A stretch of 7,624 bases of DNA from Paraspadella gotoi (taxonomy: Eukaryota > Animalia > Chaetognatha): contig JBJCIZ010000632.1 of NCBI GenBank assembly GCA_051294375.1, forward strand, positions 1-7,624, in the 5' to 3' direction. This document shows positions 1 through 6,453 of the stretch, one piece after another (position 1 is the stretch's first letter; every line of letters begins with the position of its first letter). The translations under genes and the position numbers were made by a program. A model generated the notes under the pieces. The model was not told where the DNA came from and ran no database searches. It worked only from the letters and a program-made list of their open reading frames with translations.

Positions 1-219
1 CTGAGGGTTTTCGGAAGAGAATCACCAATAAAGGGAGGCTCCATCAAGAGAATGTTGAAAGGGGGGTAATTGCACCAGGGAAGATGACGGGGGGGGAGTA
101 ATGACTTCGAGATGGGGGGCGGGGGGGAGGAAGAGGGAACCCGGCGTCGATTCGGGCGGAATTCTATTTCGATCCTTCCGTCGAGACTCGAGACTTCGAG
201 AGCCTGAAAGGTCGACGCG

Positions 220-230
220 GCGCATGCGCA
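220..230. promoter_or_regulatory. NRF1-type palindrome GCGCATGCGCA
   Basis: Near-exact match to the YGCGCAYGCGCR consensus within a CpG-rich patch. Confidence 0.35.
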
Positions 231-364
231 GCTGACGAGTTACGACCTACGAGGTCCGCGTAATGATTGACACGACAGAATAACCGTCATAATAACAACG
301 AACAGCAAGAGAAGCGAGAGAGAAAAAAATATGTCGTGGAAAATGAGGAAAAATACCAGAAATG

Positions 365-391
365 GACGACGACGACGACGACGACGACGAC
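365..391 (+). repeat. (GAC)9 microsatellite
   Basis: Perfect trinucleotide run; degenerate GAC/AAC runs also occur at about 495-510, 612-705 and 926-960. Confidence 0.95.
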
Positions 392-1084
392 AGATTACAA
401 GTTCAGGTTAGCGATGAATTAATGAATCGTGTGACAACAAGACAACTAATACCAAGATGAACATTTCTACGCGAGTTACGCAACAGACGGGATTGACGAC
501 GACGATAACGACGTGGAGACTACGCAGAGTACGACGTTAGTTACGAGTTGCCTAATGACGAACATTCCTTTTTTTTTCTCCATTTTTTTATCTTTTTTTT
601 TCATGGAAAAAGACGACGATGACGACGAAGGCAACGACGACGACGCCGAAGCGCTAAACGCCGACAGAGACGACGAAAACGAGCGCAAGTACAACAACAA
701 CAACAAAAAAGCAAATTTTTCAATTTCGAAAGGGAAAAAAAATATCTTCTGTAATAGAGGGAGATATTTCTCGGGCGCCGCTTCGGTCACGCCGCGATGA
801 TAAACGCCATCTGGCGAGACGAAAAAAAAAACATAATCGGGCGCGAATAGGAGAGAGGAATTCCCTCGACTTTTTTGAGCGAAAAACGAAATTCCGGAGA
901 AAACGCGATTTCGCTGATTGAGGAAACAACAACGACGACGACGACGGCGGCGGCGATGACGTTGACAACTGCAACAGTTTTGTGAAAAGAAAATTCCGAG
1001 ATTTTTTGGCGATTAAGAGGAAAATATAAGATAAATTTAAAAAAATAAAGGTCAAAAGGACGCAAGGTGAATATCGGAAGTAAA

Positions 1085-1139
1085 CTAGAAAAACGAGAAA
1101 CGAAATCGAAGACGCCGACGATACGTGACGACGACTCAC
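1085..1139 (-). other. 55-nt GT-AG intron of an unidentified minus-strand transcript
   Basis: AAG|gtgagtcgtcg...ttcgtttctcgtttttctag|TTT; consensus donor and acceptor, and a size similar to the 46-nt intron. Confidence 0.55.
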
Positions 1140-1371
1140 CTTCTTTTCTCTCCTCTCTCTTTCCCCACAACTTCCAGTAGCAGAAAGAAATGCTTCCAGA
1201 GAGCCCGAAATGCTGGGATCGATCGCCGATCTGGGCTCGCGGCGCGCTTGTGCGGCCGAATAGTGCGAGCGGAGTTGAAGGAGCGCGGTAGGGCGAGGAA
1301 GGACGGCGTGGGGGCGGTCGAGGGCGGCCGCGTCTTCGTCGCCATGGGCGTTATGACGATCCATCGTGAAC
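1140..1371 (-). CDS. Candidate exon of unknown product; reading frame undetermined
   Basis: GC-rich island bounded by acceptor tcgttccag| (1372/1371) and donor AAG|gtgagt (1140/1139). Two minus-strand frames are open (track ORFs 720..1364 and 1136..1405). No recognisable motif. Confidence 0.35.
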
Positions 1372-1893
1372 CTGGAACGATGAGAAAAAAGCGGGGGGAA
1401 TTCATGGACGATACGGACTAGTTGTACATTAGGCGGCAGAAAATTGGTGGGTTTCAGGTAAAGGCGAAAATGTTAGGAGTCGGGGGGGGGCAAAACCGAG
1501 AATCGAATTTATATTTTAATAATCAAATCTTATGATTTTTTTATTATTCAAATCATTTCAATCTAATTTAATCACCTTAATTATTTCGCCGACACAATTT
1601 ACTACAAATTAGCTTGAAACCCCCCCCCAAGTGAAAAGTAGATAATTGTCTGACGAGGGGTTCGAGGTTCGTTCTCTGTCATTTTCATCATTTACCAAAA
1701 CGCTGAAACTTGGTGGAGAAATGAAAGCAGTCGCGATAACGTGGTCCCGCATTCAACCGCTAACGGCATCATTATCGTTAACAGCATTGCAAGACGGCGC
1801 ATTCTCGGTCTCCTTCTCTCCTCACCCCTCCACCCCGTCCCCATAATCCCCCATCGCCGCTTGTTTTTCTTTTTCACTGAATTTCTACGAAAC

Positions 1894-2200
1894 CTGTTCG
1901 GGAAGTTTGGACCGGCCGATCCGACGCTGCCTCCAATCCGGCGCCGACTTGACTGCACTTCCGTCACCGGCCCGCGCTATGATGCCGACCTGCGCGGGAC
2001 CGTCTTGTCTCGTTGGCAGCGGCCAATTTGCGCCACTCCTCGTTATAAGGCTGTACGTCGCCAGAATCAGGCCGGGGTCGGCGCGGTCCGGCCTCGTTTC
2101 CGCAGCCGCGTTGTTGTTGTCGTCGTGTCGAACCTTCCGACTCTTGGCGAGAAGAAACAAACTATTACGTGTGCCGCGTCGCGCGGCCGGCGCGGCATTT
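1894..2200. other. GC/CpG-rich exon-like island; strand and frame unresolved
   Basis: Overlapping ORFs on both strands, with a minus-strand donor CAG|gtttcg at 1894 and a plus-strand donor GAG|gtaaga at 2205. No recognisable domain. Confidence 0.3.
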
Positions 2201-2733
2201 GAGAGGTAAGAGGATCGAGGAGGAAGAAAGAAATAAAAAGAAGAAAAAGAGGGAAAAATAAAGACGACGAGAGAGTTTGGTAAAATTAAGGGAGGGAGAG
2301 AAAGTAAGCGACCTTTGCTACGAGCTAATTCCTTCTCGGTTTCTTCAGATGTCTCGATTTTCTCCTCTTAGACGCATATTTATTAATTAGTGTAAATGTG
2401 TTGATAACGTAGGCTAAACGGCAATTGAACTGAAGAGGCAGTCGTATCACGTGTGGAAACTTTACTATTTTAGGACCTCACAGTCACAAAATTTTATAAG
2501 CTAGATGAGTAGACGTGTACTCGATCCAAAAACTTTTCCGATAGTGTGATATTAGAAGAGGAAAATGTTAATAGAGCTTGTTATATTAAGTATTAAGATA
2601 TTTTTTTAAAAAATTCAAATTTCCTTCGAAAATTCCACGCCCGATTCTGTTCTCACCTTGTCTGAGATACGGCATCGTTCGCTTCACAAAGACGCTTCTA
2701 TTGTTTCAAATGGTTCAGCGCCGCGAAGGTGAG

Positions 2734-2842
2734 TCACGCGGCGAATCCTCCGCGTCGACGTATTCGCGCGATCCCGCCGAGTGTGAGGGAAGCGAGAATG
2801 AGTTCCTGAGAGCCCAAGATCGAGTTGAGGAAGCAGAACATC
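2734..2842 (-). CDS. Possible alternative terminal exon MFCFLNSILGSQELILASLTLGGIARIRRRGGFAA*
   Basis: Acceptor gcttcag| at 2843/2842 is phase-compatible with the phase-2 donor at 3157. The same frame is also open from a stronger acceptor, ttttaatccccag| at 2905/2904. GC-rich island; no firm homology. Confidence 0.3.
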
Positions 2843-3152
2843 CTGAAGCCATGATATCGAAGCGACCGATGACGACGTGACCGGCGACGTTGGTAAGAGG
2901 TCAACTGGGGATTAAAAAGGTCTCGAGTACAAAGATCGACGCAAATTGCTGACTAGTCGTAGGCACGGCCATCCACTCTCAAAGCTGTGTAATATTCAGA
3001 TATGGTTGGAGCTGCAGCTGTTTTATTTCTGACATTGAAACCCAGGCCCGTCTAGTTCTAGTGACCACTGCTCATTGACAAGGTTGGCTGGGGCCAGTCA
3101 ATTGATCCAGCCAAACATTTGACAGGAACGTCCCTCTCGATCTCGGCGTCAC

Positions 3153-3277
3153 TCACGCCGACGAAAAATGGTCTGTCTCGTCCTCTCCTCGAAAATCGGA
3201 GAGAGAAAAAAGTCGCGAGGAATCTCCGTGAAGATCGTCGCGCGCGAACTGACCAATTCCGGGTTCAGGATTTGGCT
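3153..3277 (-). CDS. TRAK1: Exon encoding EPNPEPGIGQFARDDLHGDSSRLFSLSDFRGEDETDHFSSA* (continuation of the Milton region)
   Basis: A long polypyrimidine tract ends in ctcttccag| at 3278/3277. The frame of track ORF 3153..3677 aligns without gaps to recalled TRAK1 PRPGVVTKGFRTLDVDLDEVYCLNDFEEDDTGDHIS. The exon ends at TGA 3155-3153 or at the overlapping donor GC|gtgagt (3157/3156). Confidence 0.68.
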
Positions 3278-4564
3278 CTGGAAGAGTTGGGGGAGGAAGG
3301 AGGAGATAATTTGGAGAGGGGGAAGGAAGGAGGTTGGGGGGAAGAGAATAATGGAAGGGAAAGGAGTTTGGCTTCGGAAAGAAGAAAAAGGTTGAAGCAA
3401 AAGTGGGGAAAGGATTGGGCTTTGGAAAGAAAGAGCAAAATGAGTTGGGAGAACTAGAAAAAAAAGAAAATTGGAAGCGACAAATATGTTTAAAAAAAAT
3501 CATATAAAAATTAGAGCTGAAGAAAAAAAAAAAACGAGAAGTGAGAATTTTTTTTGGGTACAAAAGGAATAAAACCAATGGTCGGAGAAAATGAGGGAAA
3601 TAAGGAAGCGTTTGACTTTGAATAAGAACGAGAAAATAAAACAAAAAGGGGGGGGGAAAAACTTGAGAGAGATTCACGAAATCATCTCATGAATTTAAGC
3701 TCGAAAACAAAAAGAAGACAAACATGTCAGACAGAAAGCTCTCTTCAAACTCGTAGGAAAAGAATTAAGGAAGAGGAGAGAAAATGGCGAACGACACTTT
3801 TTTTCTTTTTTTTTGTGCCAAATTTTTTTGTGACAAAAAAAATGGGGGGGGGCAAAGGAAGTCTTTCCCGAGGAAGTACAAAATCATTGAAAGCCGCAAA
3901 GGCCAAAGATGTAGGAAGGAAGAAGGGGAGGAGAAAAAAAAAAAACAAGAATTTCTCCAGGGAAAAGAACTATATAGCGAATATGCAGATCCCGAATATA
4001 CGAGTCATAATTCAAATGAGAAAAGCGGATTAGGAAAAAAAAAAGAAGGGAGGAAAAAAAATGCGCGGAAAAAAAAAATGCGCGGGAAAAAAAAATGCGC
4101 GGCGAAAAAAAAAGTTTTTTTAGAAGCCCGGACGGAGGAAGGAAGCGAAAAGGAAAGAAAAGAAAAGAGAAGAAAAGAAGAAAAGAGGAGAGAGAAGAAG
4201 GATAAAAAAGATTAGGAGGAAATAAAGAAAAGTAGAAGACGAAAATGAGAATGGAAGTCGTAGGAAGAAGAGGCGAAGACCTCTCGGCGTCCTAGGTGAG
4301 CTAGTTCGAACAACGGCCGGCTGCGGCTGGAGCGGCGGAGACGGAGGCAGCAGCGGCGTGGGGGGGAGGCGAAAAAAAAAAAACCTGTAACGGACCTCTT
4401 TGTATCCGGCGGACGAGACGAGGAGGTCGAAGGAAGGTCGACGCAATTGACGCCAAGTTTGTAGCGTCCGACCGCGGAGGGGTTTCACGATCTCGAGCCG
4501 TTCCGGCAGGCTGGCCTGAAAGAACAGAAAGAAAAGTTTTAAAAGGAAGCTCTTAAAGTACCAT
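3153..4564 (-). CDS. TRAK1: Spliced Milton/TRAK-family (trafficking kinesin-binding protein) coding region; Milton-domain portion only, about 97-120 aa if the ATG at 4564 and the TGA at 3153-3155 are used
   Basis: Model: ATG (4564-4562) | 46-nt GT..TTTCAG intron | 4515-4396 (possibly open to 4281) | 3277-3153. Two separate exons match consecutive segments of human TRAK1 as recalled from memory ([26 protein letters not shown] ... PRPGVVTKGFRTLDVDLDEVYCLNDFEEDDTGDHIS), in the correct order and on the same strand. The internal junction and both ends are uncertain. The symbol denotes the family (TRAK1/TRAK2/milt), not strict orthology. Confidence 0.72.
4052..4113 (+). repeat. Three tandem copies of A(8-10)TGCGCGG, period about 17 bp
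   Basis: ggaaaaaaaatgcgcgg-type unit repeated directly; intronic under the gene model above. Confidence 0.9.
4281..4326 (-). CDS. Possible linker exon PQPAVVRTSSPRTPR
   Basis: Acceptor ctccag| (4327/4326) and donor GAGAG|gtcttc (4281/4280) supply the phase 0 to phase 1 transition needed to join the two homologous exons. The splice sites are weak and there is no homology support. Confidence 0.3.
4396..4515 (-). CDS. TRAK1: Exon encoding the core Milton motif ASLPERLEIVKPLRGRTLQTWRQLRRPSFDLLVSSAGYKE
   Basis: Strong acceptor (ttttctttctgttctttcag|GCC) at 4516/4515, in frame with track ORF 4120..4488. The pattern LP.kL.IVKPL.G..TL..W.QL..P matches the Milton/TRAK conserved block. Possible donors: GAG|gtccgt (4396), CAG|gttttt (4385), or AG|gtcttc (4281) if the frame is read straight through. 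Confidence 0.8.
4516..4561 (-). other. 46-nt GT-AG intron directly after the putative start ATG
   Basis: ATG|gtactttaagagcttccttttaaaacttttctttctgttctttcag|GCC; AT-rich, pyrimidine tract, phase 0. Confidence 0.75.
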
Positions 4565-4611
4565 GTTGAAACGAATCACGAGACTGAGTGATACGGTTGT
4601 CGGCCATTGAC
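4562..4611 (-). other. 50-nt exon (5' UTR or coding) ending in ATG with Kozak-like context AAC ATG|G
   Basis: Acceptor tttattgtcctcag| at 4612/4611 and donor at 4562/4561. The Milton frame is open across it (xQWPTTVSLSLVIRFNM) but shows no recognisable homology. Confidence 0.55.
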
Positions 4612-4653
4612 CTGAGGACAATAAATGAAGAAACTCTTCTTTCGCCCACGTCT

Positions 4654-4655
<2 letters not shown>

Positions 4656-4695
<40 letters not shown>

Positions 4696-4725
4696 TCTCT
4701 CTCTCTCCTCTCTCCTCTCGCTCTC
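4656..4725 (+). repeat. Imperfect (CT)n microsatellite
   Basis: Directly visible dinucleotide run. Confidence 0.95.
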
Positions 4726-5200
4726 ACTTTTATATTTTACGACTCTCCGGCGCGCCATTCTTTCTCTCTGCCAAAATATTTTTGTCCTTCTCATCCCGTC
4801 CCTACCTGACCCCCAACACCTGACGCCAAAAACTGACCCCTCGCATCTGATCCCGCGCCGCATATCGCCACCATGACCTTAACTGCGCCAACCAAAGCCC
4901 CACCATTGGCAACTAGACACTCAAACTTGGCAACTTTTGCTTCCCCCTATTCTTTTTTTTTTTTAACTCTCCAATCATCTCATCGCATCACTTCTATTCA
5001 AGATTCCCCTTTACCTGACCGGTGACCAATGATCATGGGGGAGTGGGAGGGAAAGAAAAAGGGGAGGTAGAGCAAGGAGAGAGGGGGAATGGAGGAGGGG
5101 GAGAGAGAGACGAGAGCGGATGAAATTATAAGTAATAGGAGAATGGGAAGAGAAGAAAAAAAGCTTTCGCGAGAAACATCTACCCTGCTTTCCGCCCTAT

Positions 5201-5214
5201 CTTCTCTCTCTCTT

Positions 5215-5248
<34 letters not shown>

Positions 5249-5268
5249 CTCTCTCTCTCTCTCTCTCT
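5201..5268 (+). repeat. Imperfect (CT)n microsatellite abutting the minus-strand donor at 5271
   Basis: Directly visible dinucleotide run. Confidence 0.95.
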
Positions 5269-5271
5269 TAC

Positions 5272-5385
5272 CTTAACATGAGAGAGAGTCAAGCGACATC
5301 GTCCACGGAAGTCGACGAATAAAGGTCTTTCTCGCGCCGATCGGTTCATTCAAACCAGACGGTGATCTGTCTCGCCTCCGGGCAC
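5272..5385 (-). other. Probable upstream non-coding (5' UTR) exon
   Basis: GC-richer island with a consensus donor AAG|gtaaga at 5272/5271 and a possible acceptor atcag| at 5386/5385. Stops occur in all three frames across the interval. Confidence 0.35.
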
Positions 5386-5747
5386 CTGATTTGGTCGAAG
5401 GGTCAACGAACGATAAATTTGCTTCCAAAAGTAGATGTAAAGCCAAAAGAAAGTCGAAGTGTTAAGGTTTAGATAATATAATTAATCTGGTCTAGAGATT
5501 TGTCATTTCCCTTGAAAAAAAATTTTTAATTTGTTTTGATTACAAAACAAATGCAAGAGTGAGAGACTTGAAATAAGATAAAAACAATAGAAGACCTATG
5601 AAATTGGTACACCCAATATAAAATTATCCATTCATTAATAATATATAATAATAGTTCATAAACGATGTCTGTATTGCAACAGAGAATAGAATAAGGTACT
5701 TTGGGAGCCAATTCCGGTTATAGACGAATGATCAATCACATTCATCT

Positions 5748-5828
5748 GATGACGTCATCAATCTATTATAGATAATATGATGACGATCATAAATTCCAAT
5801 CCGATGACGTCATCAATCTATTATAGAT
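5748..5828. repeat. Two identical 26-bp direct repeats GATGACGTCATCAATCTATTATAGAT (5748-5773 and 5803-5828), each made of two palindromes
   Basis: Each copy is a perfect palindrome GATGACGTCATC (containing the CRE TGACGTCA) followed by the odd palindrome ATCTAT-T-ATAGAT. The copies are offset by 55 bp, and a degenerate ATGATGACGATCAT lies between them. Confidence 0.95.
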
Positions 5829-5829
5829 T

Positions 5830-5981
5830 GGTCATTCCGGTTCCGGTCACTTCCGGTTCCGGTCACTTCCGGTTCGAGTCACTTCCGGTCCGGTCACTTC
5901 CGGTTCCGGCCACTTCCGGTTCGGGTCACTTCCGATTCGGGTCACCTTTGGTTCGGGTCACTTTCGATTTAGGTCACTTTC
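5830..5981. repeat. Tandem array of about 10 copies of a 15-16-bp unit, consensus GGTCACTTCCGGTTC(C/G), containing ETS-type sites (ACCGGAAGTG on the minus strand)
   Basis: Units start at 5830, 5845, 5861, 5877, 5892, 5908, 5924, 5940, 5956 and 5972. Five units carry intact ACTTCCGG, and the units decay toward the right. Confidence 0.95.
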
Positions 5982-6138
5982 TCAACTGGTTTTTTAAAAC
6001 TTGCGCAAACTTGCCCAAAATAGAATGTCAATCAAATTGTTTATTCTGTTTTATTCTATACTAAATAGAGCCGACAACTTATCTATTATGAATAGAGGCC
6101 TTTTGTGAAAGCAAAAAGGAATGAAAGAAATATTTGTT

Positions 6139-6197
6139 TTTATTCAACAACTTTTCTATAACAACTACTTTCAACCTAGGTCAACGTGACATTTATT
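6139..6197 (-). terminator. Candidate polyadenylation signals (AATAAA at 6197-6192 and 6144-6139) for the Lys-rich ORF
   Basis: Hexamers about 260-310 nt downstream of the stop at 6454. Such hexamers are common by chance in AT-rich DNA. Confidence 0.4.
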
Positions 6198-6453
6198 AGT
6201 TCCGTTCACAAATAGTTTAATATTTAAAAATCATATATCAATAACACATATGTAATAAAGTAAACAAATAGACCAAAGTAATCATGAATGACCTCATCAT
6301 TTAATCAAATAGTAAAATACCATATCTCGATACAACTAAACAAAATGACAAAATATCTAATATAAAATAAGCAATTTATAAAAACTAAATCTGTAATAAT
6401 TAGTTGAAACACACACGAAACACATAACATGGAATGCATAAACATAATTAGTA

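Larger units (their letters stand above)
5748..5981. promoter_or_regulatory. Putative CRE + ETS enhancer/promoter or replication-origin cluster
   Basis: Two full CRE palindromes sit next to multiple CCGGAAGT sites. This combination is known from housekeeping promoters and from DNA virus termini (parvovirus B19 ITR, adenovirus left-end GGAAGTGA enhancer). Function is inferred only. Confidence 0.5.

Noticed and set aside
476-800. Asp/Asn-rich and Ser-rich ORFs
   Set aside because: Built from GAC/AAC microsatellites and T/A homopolymers, with no domain evidence.
3030-3114. SECIS element downstream of the UGA at 3153 (hairpin TTGGCTGG...CCAGCCAA at 3084-3114)
   Set aside because: The 8-bp stem is real, but I could not build the AUGA/GA quartet with an apical AA geometry, and Milton proteins are not known selenoproteins.
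3280-4270. Lys/Arg/Glu-rich plus-strand ORFs and Phe/Pro/Ser-rich minus-strand ORFs
   Set aside because: They arise from the extreme purine skew and homopolymers of a minus-strand pyrimidine-rich intron.
4539-5322. ORFs with (ER)n or (SL)n runs
   Set aside because: They are translations of (CT)n microsatellites.
5748-5828. Mini-CRISPR (two 26-bp palindromic repeats with a 29-bp spacer)
   Set aside because: There are only two repeats, the spacer itself contains a degenerate repeat copy, and there is no cas gene or prokaryotic context.
5830-5981. CRISPR array
   Set aside because: Units are contiguous 16-mers with no unique spacers, there are no cas genes, and the context is eukaryotic.
5777-6064. 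95-aa plus-strand ORF
   Set aside because: It stays open only because the tandem repeat lacks stop codons.
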